49,142 bases of DNA, taken from the NCBI GenBank assembly GCA_035696485.1, contig DASRQT010000158.1, forward strand, positions 1 to 49,142. The letters run 5' to 3'. Shown here piece by piece: positions 1 through 8,697 of this stretch. A model generated the notes under the pieces. The model was given only the letters and a program-made list of their open reading frames with translations. It did not search any database and was not told the origin of the DNA. The DNA is from Polyangia bacterium. Its GTDB lineage: Bacteria; Myxococcota_A; Polyangia; Fen-1088. Positions within the stretch are counted from its first letter, which is position 1, and the number at the start of each line of letters is the position of its first letter. Both the position numbers and the translations under genes were made by a program.

Positions 1-860
1 GAGACGAAGTCGCCGACGTGAATCAGCTTGGAAGACGCGGTCTCGTTCGAATGACAATCGTCGAAGGAAAGTCCTGCCATCCGCGTGGGTGGTCTTCCGC
101 CACAAAGGTGCCCGTACTCGTTGCATCGAAAGTTATCGAGCTGCCCGTATTCCGACGACAGCAGGCGATCGGTGGTGCGAAACAGATCCGTTCCCGGCGG
201 CGCGGAACAGTCGTCCTCATCGGTGATGATGATGATCCCGAGGCGCGCGCTGGGGCGAAGGAACCCGTTGTTCTGGGGCGGCATGCCCACGGTTGGATCT
301 TTGCCCAGCGCCCGCCGCAACGACGCCAGCTGGTGCTCAAACCCGCAACCCTCGGTGCCCAGCGTGGCGATGCACGAGAACACGTCGGCGATGAGGCCGG
401 AGAAATTGTTGCCGGCAGGCCCCGCGATGATGAACGAATCGCGCGGCAGCGCGGTACAGCTCCCGTTGTTTCCACGCGGACGGTTCTGAAAAACGCCGTC
501 GTCACCGCTGCCATTGCAGAACATGATGCCGCTGGCGGCGCCGAGATCGCTTGAGATGACCGCGATGTGAACGTCGAGCATCCCCCTGGGGCTGGCCGCT
601 TCCAGCTCCTTCATGAACACCGGGAAGTTTCGCGTCAGGTTCTCCTGCTCTTCCTTCATCGAGCCCGAATTGTCGATCATGAAGACAATGTCCAGCTCAT
701 GGGTCGGGTTGACGAACGCGGTCTGGGTGACGACGCGTTCCGGTCTCGGATCGGGTGGCGCCAGCCGATAGCTCTGGCACGCCCAAAGCAGGGGCAAACC
801 GGCACCGGCGAGAGCCCAGCACAGCACACGGCGGACGCGCCGTCGGGTTATCCGCGTCAT
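1..860 (-). CDS. vWA-domain lipoprotein, 3' end cut by the window edge (absent from the ORF track)
   Basis: The ATG is at 860..858, with GGAGG at 871..867 six nt upstream. My translation is MTRITRRRVRRVLCWALAGAGLPLLWAC (lipobox-like LLWAC), followed by DIVFMIDNSGSMKEEQ (MIDAS-type DxSxS). The frame stays open to position 1. Confidence 0.75.
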   Translation of the reverse strand, partial: MTRITRRRVRRVLCWALAGAGLPLLWACQSYRLAPPDPRPERVVTQTAFVNPTHELDIVFMIDNSGSMKEEQENLTRNFPVFMKELEAASPRGMLDVHIAVISSDLGAASGIMFCNGSGDDGVFQNRPRGNNGSCTALPRDSFIIAGPAGNNFSGLIADVFSCIATLGTEGCGFEHQLASLRRALGKDPTVGMPPQNNGFLRPSARLGIIIITDEDDCSAPPGTDLFRTTDRLLSSEYGQLDNFRCNEYGHLCGGRPPTRMAGLSFDDCHSNETASSKLIHVGDFV

Positions 861-977
861 CGGGAACCTCCAGGGAAGAGCGAAGCGCCCTTCAGGGAGG
901 TAGTCCTCAGTCACACAGAAAGCTGGTCACATCTTTTCACACCCGACGACATCACCCACAGGAGCGATGTCGGAGCG

Positions 978-2018
978 TCAAAACGTCCGCTGAATTCCCA
1001 GCGACAGCAGCAGCGACGGTGATCCGAACCGCAGCTGCGCGCCATTTTGAATCACGTACTGCCGGTCCGGTTCGGTGAAGATCGCCTGAGCGTCAAAAAA
1101 CAGCGCCACGTATGTCCCAAGGATCGCCAGGACGCCGACCCCCGCGGAGGCCAGGAGGTTGAACGTGCTCGCCTGCCCTGGCGAGGCGCCGTCGGTCAAT
1201 CTGACGTCGATGTGATGCGCGCCGATCCCGATCGCCACCCGCGGCTGGATCGGCGCGCTGCGTCGGAACGAATATCCCAGCTCCAGCGCGACCAGTTCCT
1301 GTCGCACCCTGACCACGCCGGAGCTGGTCGCCTGATCGAAGGTGAACCCTGGGCCAGCGACGACCATCGCCCCCGACAGCCCGTTTTCCCCGCGATACCC
1401 GGCACGCAGCAACAGCGCGTACGCGGCGCTGAACCCGTGCACGCTCTCCAGCAGCGCTCCGCCGCCGCCGATTGACCACCCCACGGTGGCCGTGACCTCG
1501 GGCGGCGGGCCGCTCGCGCGCGTGGCGTCGACAACCGGCGAAACCGAGGACGGGACGACGGCCGCGGCGGCGTCGGCCTGCAACAGGGTGGCGCGCACCA
1601 GCTCGACGGCGCGAATCGCCAGGACCGGCGCCTCGTCGGCGCCGCCGGCGTCCCGGGGAATCGACGCGCGCCGCAGCACTGCCGGACGCGCGCGGTCGTT
1701 GACGCGGACCTCGGTGGTGGTCTGATCACCGTCGCGAAAGGTGGCGACGCCGACCGACCGGGGGCCCGGCAGCGCAGCGATCAAGGACAGACAGTCGGGC
1801 GCCGGGCGCGCGCAGTCCTTCATGACGGCGCCGAAACCGCTGGCCGACAGCTCGGCCTGGGTACGGTTGGCGACCTCCACCATGACTGGATCGGCGTCCG
1901 GCTGTCTCACCACCGCGACCTGGGGTGGATCGGCAGCGTGGGCGACGGCGCCCGACATCAGAGCCAGCGCGATGACCAGCGCGACCAGCCCGGGCCGACG
2001 CGCTAGCCTCCGGATCAT
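978..2018 (-). CDS. putative outer-membrane beta-barrel protein (hypothetical)
   Basis: It has a signal peptide (MIRRLARRPGLVALVIALALMSGAVAHA). The C-terminal half shows alternating hydrophobic strands, and the protein ends in a terminal Phe (...LSLGIQRTF). Its ATG overlaps the upstream stop (ATGA at 2015..2018). Confidence 0.6.
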   Translation of the reverse strand: MIRRLARRPGLVALVIALALMSGAVAHAADPPQVAVVRQPDADPVMVEVANRTQAELSASGFGAVMKDCARPAPDCLSLIAALPGPRSVGVATFRDGDQTTTEVRVNDRARPAVLRRASIPRDAGGADEAPVLAIRAVELVRATLLQADAAAAVVPSSVSPVVDATRASGPPPEVTATVGWSIGGGGALLESVHGFSAAYALLLRAGYRGENGLSGAMVVAGPGFTFDQATSSGVVRVRQELVALELGYSFRRSAPIQPRVAIGIGAHHIDVRLTDGASPGQASTFNLLASAGVGVLAILGTYVALFFDAQAIFTEPDRQYVIQNGAQLRFGSPSLLLSLGIQRTF

Positions 2019-3385
2019 CGCCCGCTCTCGAGAATTCCACGCGCCTGCGTCACATATTGCCCGTTCGGGTAGCGCAGCAGGTAATCACGCGCGACCGTCG
2101 CCCCGGTGGTGGCGCCGGGCATCCTGGTCAGGGCCAGCATCTTTCGACCCAGCGCCTCGGCCGCGTACGATCCCCGGGGCGCTTCGAGCAGGTACCGGTC
2201 GTACCAATCGAGCGCGCTCGGCAGCGGCGCCCCCGTGTCTTCAGCCAACCTGCCCAGCAGGAACGCGGCGTCATGGGCCGCTGCCGAACCGCTGAACCGC
2301 TGGCGCTGCGCGACCAGCACCCGCCGCGCCAGCTCCGTGCGAGCGGTGTAGCGGGCGGCGTCCGCCAGCGCCGTCAACCGATCGGCGGGGAGACTGGCCA
2401 GGCAGCGGTCGATGCCGGCGTCCTCGGCGTCCCTGACCACCACGTGAAACTGCCCGCGCGCGACCTGCTTGCGCCAGTCGGTTCCCACCGACGTGATCGA
2501 TTCGCCGGGGGCGTCCTGACGCGCCATCGCCGCCGCGGTTGAATCGCTGGCGCGCATGGCCACCGCCGATCTCGTGCGTCGACTGCCGGCGGTCACATCC
2601 GCGAGCTGCGCCACCGGCGGCGCCGGGGTGATCGTGGATGCCGCCGTCGGCGGCGAGGACGCGGGTGGCTCATCGCTGCGCGCGGCGCTCGCAACCCTCT
2701 GAATCCCGACCGCCCCCTCCGACAGTCGCCCCCGGAACTGCTGCCCGGGCGAAAGCTTGATGCCGTCGCCGGTCAACGGCCCGCGCACGGTCACCGCACC
2801 GCTGACCAGGCGGACCTCGAACAGATCGTCGCCGCCCGCCCACGCAACGTCGAAACGTGTCCCGGTCACGTCGATGGTGTACGGGCCGGCCTCAACCACC
2901 CAGCGCGCGCCCGGCCGCGGCACGACGGCGAAGTGCGCCTGCCCCTCCTCGAGACGGACGCGCCCCCCCTGCGCGTCGGTCGACACCACCCAGGCGCGGC
3001 TCCCGTGCTGCAATGTGACCTCGGTGCCGTCCGAAAACTTCAACACGGCACGGCTGGCGTGAACGCGCGAGATGTACCCACGGTCAGTCACCGCCCCCTC
3101 ATCCAGCGTAAACGAAAGCGGCGCGGAGTGGCCTGCCCCCCAGGGCAGCCCCCCGATCCCCATCCCGAGCTTGCCCCCGACGCTGGCGACCACCGCGAGC
3201 AACGCCGCCGCACCGCCGATCCCCAGGACGACGCCACGACGACGCCGGCCCCGTTCATCGGCGGCACGAGCCACGACAAACTCCTCCCACGTCGGTGAAG
3301 CCCGCCCCGGCTGAGGCTGGGTGGCACCGGCCGCCGCGGCCGCGCGCGCCAGCTCGTCCAGACGATCCAGCCGCTGGTCGCTCAC
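2015..3385 (-). CDS. FecR-family anti-sigma factor-like membrane protein
   Basis: It has one TM segment (VVLGIGGAAALLAVVASVGG). A FecR-type region follows (LKFSDGTEVTLQHGSRAWVV...VTGTRFDV). The GTG start overlaps the sigma-factor stop (GTGA at 3382..3385). Confidence 0.8.
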   Translation of the reverse strand: MSDQRLDRLDELARAAAAAGATQPQPGRASPTWEEFVVARAADERGRRRRGVVLGIGGAAALLAVVASVGGKLGMGIGGLPWGAGHSAPLSFTLDEGAVTDRGYISRVHASRAVLKFSDGTEVTLQHGSRAWVVSTDAQGGRVRLEEGQAHFAVVPRPGARWVVEAGPYTIDVTGTRFDVAWAGGDDLFEVRLVSGAVTVRGPLTGDGIKLSPGQQFRGRLSEGAVGIQRVASAARSDEPPASSPPTAASTITPAPPVAQLADVTAGSRRTRSAVAMRASDSTAAAMARQDAPGESITSVGTDWRKQVARGQFHVVVRDAEDAGIDRCLASLPADRLTALADAARYTARTELARRVLVAQRQRFSGSAAAHDAAFLLGRLAEDTGAPLPSALDWYDRYLLEAPRGSYAAEALGRKMLALTRMPGATTGATVARDYLLRYPNGQYVTQARGILESGR

Positions 3386-4011
3386 AGAGCGCCCTCCCCC
3401 TGCCCTGTCACATACTCGGCCAGCACCGGATCGCTCTGCACCAGCACCGCCACCCGCTTGGTCACGCGGGTAAGACGCCTCTGCGTGGTCGACAGCGACA
3501 GCCGGTGCGCCGCAGCCACCTCGGCCAGCGGCAAGCGTTCGATGTGGCGGCTGACGAAGAGCGAGCGCGCCTCACCGCCAATTCGATCCAGCACACGGTA
3601 GTAATGCCGCACGGCCTCGCGCGCGTCCTGGTCGACGCCGTCAGCCGCTACCTCGGGCGGCGAGCCGCTGTCGGTCAGAAAGAGAAATCGACCCAGCCAG
3701 CGCCGCCGCAATTCGACGCGGACCACCCTCAGGCAGATGCCGAACAGGAAGCTGCGTAGGGCCTCCGGGTCGCGCAGCCTGACGACGGTCCGGAAAAACC
3801 GCAGGAAGACCTCCTGGACCAGGTCGTCGCTATCGCTGCTGGGGCCCAGTAGCCGGCGCAGCGTGGCCTGAACCACCGGCAAGAGGCGATTCCAGGCCGT
3901 CACATTCGCGGAGTTGTCCTTCCGGATCAGGGCCAGCGCCAACGCCCGGTCGTCGGCTTCCTCCGGAAGCGACGTCTCGACCAGCGTGAGGCGCGGCGCA
4001 GCCATGAACAA
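3382..4011 (-). CDS. ECF (sigma-70 family group 4) RNA polymerase sigma factor
   Basis: Region 2 is recognisable (DDLVQEVFLRFFRTV). A region 4 HTH is present (LPLAEVAAAHRLSLSTTQRRLTRV). At 209 aa it is a typical length, and it is followed by an anti-sigma gene. Confidence 0.9.
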   Translation of the reverse strand: MFMAAPRLTLVETSLPEEADDRALALALIRKDNSANVTAWNRLLPVVQATLRRLLGPSSDSDDLVQEVFLRFFRTVVRLRDPEALRSFLFGICLRVVRVELRRRWLGRFLFLTDSGSPPEVAADGVDQDAREAVRHYYRVLDRIGGEARSLFVSRHIERLPLAEVAAAHRLSLSTTQRRLTRVTKRVAVLVQSDPVLAEYVTGQGEGAL

Positions 4012-4169
4012 TGTCCATCTCCATAGTCCCGCCCCCGGCCGACAATTGGTCAGCTTTTTTGGTCACCGCCGCAATTGCGCCATTTAACACTGTAATACCC
4101 GGGGATCTGCTTGACAGTCCGGACGGAAAAGCGTTTGCTGGAGGCCTCTGAACGAACAAGGTGTCTCCG

Positions 4170-4280
4170 ATGAATCCCACCAAGCGTCATACGCAAAACG
4201 ACTCGATCGCCCGCTCACAGCGCGGTGCGGTTATGCCGTTCACGGCGCCCGCGGCGGTTGTCATCGGGAGGTTCAGCTGA
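4170..4280 (+). CDS. candidate 36-codon small ORF / leader peptide (MNPTKRHTQNDSIARSQRGAVMPFTAPAAVVIGRFS)
   Basis: It runs from an ATG to a TGA with G/C-rich third positions. It lies between the divergent sigma gene and a strong terminator. The Shine-Dalgarno match is weak (AAGGTG), and the ORF is too short to appear in the ORF track. Confidence 0.25.
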   Translation: MNPTKRHTQNDSIARSQRGAVMPFTAPAAVVIGRFS

Positions 4281-4312
4281 CCTAGAACCCCCTTCAAACT
4301 GGAGACAACAGA

Positions 4313-4346
4313 CCGCGGGCCCGCAAGGGACCCGCGGTTTTTTTTT
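4313..4346 (+). terminator. rho-independent terminator
   Basis: The sequence is CCGCGGGCCC-GCAA-GGG(A)CCCGCGG. This gives 10 bp of G/C stem, one bulge and a GNRA-type loop, followed by nine consecutive T (4338..4346). It ends 46 nt before the MATE start codon. Confidence 0.8.
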
Positions 4347-4391
4347 GCCCAATCAACGCCAATTACGCCCCCGCACTTCAAGGCCACGAAC

Positions 4392-5774
4392 ATGAACCTC
4401 CCCGAGCTTCGCTGGAAAGACCATCCCCTCCCCGAGCTGATCAGGCTGGCATGGCCGATCACCGTCTCCACCCTGTCGTACAGCGCGATGACACTGGTCG
4501 ACACGCTGCTGATCGGTCACGTCGGGCGCGCCCAGCTGGCCGGGGTCGGGTTGGCCGGTATCGCCGCCTTCGTGTTCCTGTGCTTTTCCATCGGGCTCCT
4601 GCGCGGGGTCAATACCCTTGTGTCTCAGGCCGTCGGGGCCGGGCGGCGTGAGGAGATCCGCCCTTATCAAGGGGCGGCGCTGGTGACGGCGGTCGTCTTG
4701 GGCCTCGGCACCGTCGCCCTCGGCCAGATCGCGTCGGAGCTGCTGCGGCATCTGACCGCGACCGAAGCCACCGGCGCGGCGGCGCGTACTTACCTGCGCA
4801 TCCGGATCCTGGGCGCGCCGCTGGTGCTGGTGTTCGTTGCCCTGCGCGAGGTGCGTTACGGCCAGGGCGAATCGCGCGCGCCGATGCGCGCGTCGCTCTT
4901 CGCGAACCTGGTCAACATCGGCCTCGCGTATCTGTTCATCTTCGTCCTGCGGGCGGGCGTCGCCGGCGCCGCAATCGCCACCGTCATCGCCCACGGCATC
5001 GAAGCGGCGCTGCTGGCCATACCGACGCCCCGGGCCGACTGGGGCCTTGGCGCCTGGACCGGCAAGCATCTGCGCGCCCTGTGGCGCCTCGGCAGCCCGC
5101 TGGGGTTGCAGCTGATGCTCGAGGTCGGCGCGTTTGCGCTGCTGTCGCTGTTCATCGCGCTTTACTCGGAGATCGACATGGCGGCGCACCAGATCGCCAT
5201 CCAGGTCATCCACCTGTCGTTCCTGCCCGCCTTCGCGGTCGCCGAGGCGACGGCGGTGCTGGCCGGGCAGGCGGTCGGCGCCAACCGCGACGATCTGGTC
5301 AAGCGCATCGCCCGGCTGGCGATGGCGGTGGCGGGTGCCTACGCCTTCCTCTGGACGCTGATCTTCGCCCTGGGCGCGTCGTGGATCGTCGCCGCCTTCA
5401 CCCCCGATCGGGAGGTCATCGAGACCGCGGCCATGCTGCTTCACATCGCCGCCATCTTTCAGATGGCCGACGCCGCCAACGTGGTGGCGCGCGGAACCCT
5501 GCGCGGCACCGGCGACGTCCGCTATTCCGCGATTGTCGGGGTCATCACGTCGTGGCTCTGTACCCCGCCGCTGGCCTGGCTGCTCGGCTACCGGCTGGGG
5601 ATGGGGGCGCGCGGGGGCTGGCTGGGGCTGACCCTGGAAATCATCGTCGCGGGGGTGATCCTGTGGTGGCGCCTGGAACGTGGGGGCTGGGCGGCGGCGG
5701 CTGTGGCGGCACGGGGTCGCCTGGCCGCCGATCCCCCCCCGTCTCCGACGGCGCTTAACAAAGCCGTCGCATGA
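4392..5774 (+). CDS. MATE family efflux transporter
   Basis: The 460-aa product is polytopic. Its N-terminus is typical of MATE proteins (LIRLAWPITVSTLSYSAMTLVDTLLIGHVG), and the layout looks like a 12-TM duplicated architecture. Confidence 0.9.
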   Translation: MNLPELRWKDHPLPELIRLAWPITVSTLSYSAMTLVDTLLIGHVGRAQLAGVGLAGIAAFVFLCFSIGLLRGVNTLVSQAVGAGRREEIRPYQGAALVTAVVLGLGTVALGQIASELLRHLTATEATGAAARTYLRIRILGAPLVLVFVALREVRYGQGESRAPMRASLFANLVNIGLAYLFIFVLRAGVAGAAIATVIAHGIEAALLAIPTPRADWGLGAWTGKHLRALWRLGSPLGLQLMLEVGAFALLSLFIALYSEIDMAAHQIAIQVIHLSFLPAFAVAEATAVLAGQAVGANRDDLVKRIARLAMAVAGAYAFLWTLIFALGASWIVAAFTPDREVIETAAMLLHIAAIFQMADAANVVARGTLRGTGDVRYSAIVGVITSWLCTPPLAWLLGYRLGMGARGGWLGLTLEIIVAGVILWWRLERGGWAAAAVAARGRLAADPPPSPTALNKAVA

Positions 5775-5777
5775 TTT

Positions 5778-6917
5778 ATGATGCGCGCCATGCTTGCGAC
5801 CCAGGTCAGACAGAAGGACGGGGTTTTCTACTTCGTGGCGTATCCGACTGAGGACTTGCTGGATAGGGTCCGATTCATCAGTCGGTACTACAACGAGTCC
5901 GAACGAACCGAGATCGACGAGGTCGATCCCGACGACGAAGTTGGTCGTTTCATCGGGCGCATCGAGGCGACCGACCAGGCCTTCCAGCGCCAGCTATCGA
6001 AGGCCAAGGTCGCCTCGATCAAGAACTTCTACGAAACCGCGGTCAGCCAGCCGCCCATCCCCGGCACCGTGCTGCTGTTCACGGCCGAGACGTTGCGGTT
6101 CGACGCCGTCGGCAAGTTCGACAACGTCGGCAACCTGGAGGCGCCCAAGGGCAAGTACCTCATCATCGACGGACAGCACCGCCTGGCCGCGCTGCACTTT
6201 TACCGCAACGAGCACCCCGACGAGGCCAAGACGATGCACGTGCCGTGCGTCATCTTCGACGGCAAGAGCGAGGACTTCGCCACCGAGATGTTCGTCATCA
6301 TCAACTCCACGCCGACCCGAATCAACAAGAGCCACCTGGTCGACCTGTACGAACGGGTCTCGTGGGCCGCGCCCGACAAGAAGTTCGCCGCCAAGGTGGT
6401 CGACAGGCTGTATCGCGAGGGGGACAGCCCGCTGCGCTACAAGATCAACCGCCTGGGCGGACGCAGCCGCCAGGAGAAGTGGATCCTGCAGGCCGAGCTG
6501 TTCAACGAGATCCACCGCGCCGCCAGCGCGGAATGGAAACAGCTGGAAAAGAAGGGCTCACGCGAGGCCGAGCGTTACTACGAACGCGTGCGCGATTTTC
6601 TCAAGGGGGCGCAGGCCGTCTGGGGCGAGGCGTGGGGCAACCCCGCCTACATGGTGACCAAGCCGGTGACCCTGAAGGCGATGTTGCGGGTCGGGGCTGA
6701 TCTGGCGCGCGAGAACGCCGAGCCCATCGATGGCCGCGTCAAGCGCTGGGAAAAACGGCTGGCGTCGTGGACCGCAGAGCTGCGCGCCTTCCGCAACGAG
6801 GGGTTCTACGAACGTTTCCCGGCCAAGGGCCAGGTCGAACGCGTGGCGCGCATCTACCGCGAGCTGGGACGGCTGGCCGGCATCGAGCCGCGCCGGCGCA
6901 AGGGCGCCCCGGAATAG
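5778..6917 (+). CDS. DGQHR domain-containing protein (DndB-like, ParB/Srx-fold superfamily)
   Basis: It carries the literal motif YLIIDGQHRLAALHF. The N-terminus (VRQKDGVFYFVAYPTEDLLDRVRFISR) is typical of the DGQHR family. The start lies 3 nt after the MATE stop. Confidence 0.85.
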   Translation: MMRAMLATQVRQKDGVFYFVAYPTEDLLDRVRFISRYYNESERTEIDEVDPDDEVGRFIGRIEATDQAFQRQLSKAKVASIKNFYETAVSQPPIPGTVLLFTAETLRFDAVGKFDNVGNLEAPKGKYLIIDGQHRLAALHFYRNEHPDEAKTMHVPCVIFDGKSEDFATEMFVIINSTPTRINKSHLVDLYERVSWAAPDKKFAAKVVDRLYREGDSPLRYKINRLGGRSRQEKWILQAELFNEIHRAASAEWKQLEKKGSREAERYYERVRDFLKGAQAVWGEAWGNPAYMVTKPVTLKAMLRVGADLARENAEPIDGRVKRWEKRLASWTAELRAFRNEGFYERFPAKGQVERVARIYRELGRLAGIEPRRRKGAPE

Positions 6918-6923
6918 TCACCG

Positions 6924-7778
6924 TCACGACAATCCGGTCAAGGTGTACGTGGGCCGGATGTCGCCGGCGTCGAGGTCAGTCAGCCGGGCGACGCCGGTCA
7001 AGACCAGCACCGAATCGATCCCGAAGCGCATGGCCCCCAGGATGTCTGTCCCCAGCTGATCTCCGAGCATCACGGTGCGGCGGCGGTCAATCGCCGGGAA
7101 CCGTCGCGCGGCGGCCTCGAACATCGGCAGGTGGGGCTTGCCCAGCGGAACGAAACGCTGCGCGCCGTCCGGATCGCGCAGCCGCAGGACCACCTCGATC
7201 AGCGCCGCTATCGAGCCGGCGGTGATACCGAAGCGGCCACCGGGGCCGTTCATGGGAAAGATCAGGTCGGGGTTGGGGAGAACCAGGCGCGTCGGCTGCG
7301 CGCCCGCCAGCCGCCGCAAGAGCACGCTGATGACCTCGTTGACCGTATCCAGGAACGGATAGCCGTCGTCGTCGGCCGCCACCACCACCTGCGCGGTGTC
7401 GTCGTCGGGCGCGACCACGACGCCGCCCGCGTCGCGCACGTAGCCGCACGAATCGTCGGTGCCAAGCACGATCGTGCGCGCGCCCGCCAGCCCCTCCCGG
7501 GCGAAGTAGTCGCCCAGCAGCAGGCCCGAGGTCAGGACGCGGTCCGCCGACACCGGCAGCCCAAATCCGAGGTAGCGCCGCGCCGACGTCTCGGGCGACC
7601 GCGAAGCGTCGTTGGTGACGACCAGGTAGTTCTTGCCTTCCTGTTCAATCCGCCGGACAAAATCGGCCGCGCCCGCCAGCGCGCCGGACGCGCTGACCAG
7701 CACCCCGTACGCGTCCAGCAGGAACAGGTCATAGCGGGCCAGCAGCTCGTCGACCGTGATGGAAGGGACAACCGGCAT
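6924..7778 (-). CDS. HAD-superfamily subfamily IIA hydrolase (NagD-like phosphatase)
   Basis: Motif I is FLLDAYGVL. It also has VVTNDASRS and a C-terminal MLGDQLGTDILGA...VLVLTGV. Confidence 0.85.
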   Translation of the reverse strand: MPVVPSITVDELLARYDLFLLDAYGVLVSASGALAGAADFVRRIEQEGKNYLVVTNDASRSPETSARRYLGFGLPVSADRVLTSGLLLGDYFAREGLAGARTIVLGTDDSCGYVRDAGGVVVAPDDDTAQVVVAADDDGYPFLDTVNEVISVLLRRLAGAQPTRLVLPNPDLIFPMNGPGGRFGITAGSIAALIEVVLRLRDPDGAQRFVPLGKPHLPMFEAAARRFPAIDRRRTVMLGDQLGTDILGAMRFGIDSVLVLTGVARLTDLDAGDIRPTYTLTGLS

Positions 7779-7792
7779 CGGGTTCGACGACC

Positions 7793-8656
7793 CTACCGCT
7801 CCGATTCCAGGATCGCCAGGAACCGCTTCTCGGCCGCCACGATCGTCCGCTTGAACCCCTTGGGGTCGATGAACGGGTTCGGCTGCGCACCCGCCTTCAA
7901 GAGATCGTATTTCTTCTTGAGGCCGAAGAAGCTGCCGTGTGAGCCGAGGAAGACGTCACACGGCATGGCCTTCCAGCGGGCAAAGCTTTCACGATAGTCG
8001 TCCGCGATGCGCGGATACTTCGGGTTGCCCACCAGGCGCGTGCCCGGGTTCACGTTTGCGCTGGGAAAAACCACGACGTCCAGACGCTGGCCGCCGTCGT
8101 CGACCTGCATCGTCCAGGTGGTTGCCCCCTTCGTGTGCCCGGGCGTCAGGTGAGCGACCAGGGTCGTGCCGCCCAGCTCGACGCGGTCCTCGTCTTTGAT
8201 GATCCCGTCGACCGGGCACGGCGTCCAGGCAAACTCCCCCTCGTAAAGGAAATCGCCCTTGCCGCCGCCCTCGATGACCGGGGCGTCACCCGCCGAGACC
8301 AGCACGCGCGCGCCGGTCTGTCTGCGAACCGCCTCGTGTCCTTGAACGTGATCGACGTGGGCGTGACTGCTGAGGAGGATCTTCACGTCCTCGAAGCGAA
8401 AGCCCAGCCGCTGCACGCTGTCGCGCAGGCGGGGAACATCCGCCTCGAAGATGCTGTCGATCAGGATGTGCCCCTTGGGCGTGGTGATGAGGAACGATGA
8501 GATGTCGCTGCGCCCGACGTAGTAGACGTTGCCGACGACGTGAAACGGGTCGAACGGCCGGTTCCACGACCACATCATCACCGGCACCGGGACGCCGTGG
8601 CTGCTGGAACAGGAGGCCGCGCACGCCAGGGCGACGACGGCAGCCGACAACCTCAT
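7793..8656 (-). CDS. secreted metallo-beta-lactamase-fold protein, subclass B3-like
   Basis: It has a signal peptide. The recognisable elements are FHVVGNVYYVG, the zinc motif SSHAHVDH, and later TPGHTKG and GSHG histidines. Confidence 0.85.
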   Translation of the reverse strand: MRLSAAVVALACAASCSSSHGVPVPVMMWSWNRPFDPFHVVGNVYYVGRSDISSFLITTPKGHILIDSIFEADVPRLRDSVQRLGFRFEDVKILLSSHAHVDHVQGHEAVRRQTGARVLVSAGDAPVIEGGGKGDFLYEGEFAWTPCPVDGIIKDEDRVELGGTTLVAHLTPGHTKGATTWTMQVDDGGQRLDVVVFPSANVNPGTRLVGNPKYPRIADDYRESFARWKAMPCDVFLGSHGSFFGLKKKYDLLKAGAQPNPFIDPKGFKRTIVAAEKRFLAILESER

Positions 8657-8697
8657 GGCGACGGAGCCTACCGCGTTGTCCGCGCCGGTGCTGTGTT

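Noticed and set aside
4111-4140. Resemblance of GTCCGGACGGAAAAGCG to the SRP RNA domain IV (GUCCGGAAGGAAGCAGC) and to the guanidine-III riboswitch 5' end (CCGGACGAGG)
   Set aside because: The similarity is local only. The loop is not a GNRA tetraloop. The required second CCGG and the P2 partner for guanidine-III are absent, and no SRP-like closing helix is present.
4353-5444. 363-aa minus-strand ORF (similar shadow ORFs occur at 21731..23044, 8497..9876, 15184..16122, 20284..21450 and 11675..12742)
   Set aside because: Each is antisense to a gene with clear family motifs (MATE, aminotransferase, vWA, methyltransferase, vWA and kinase respectively). All have Arg/Pro/Gly/Gln-dominated low-complexity translations.
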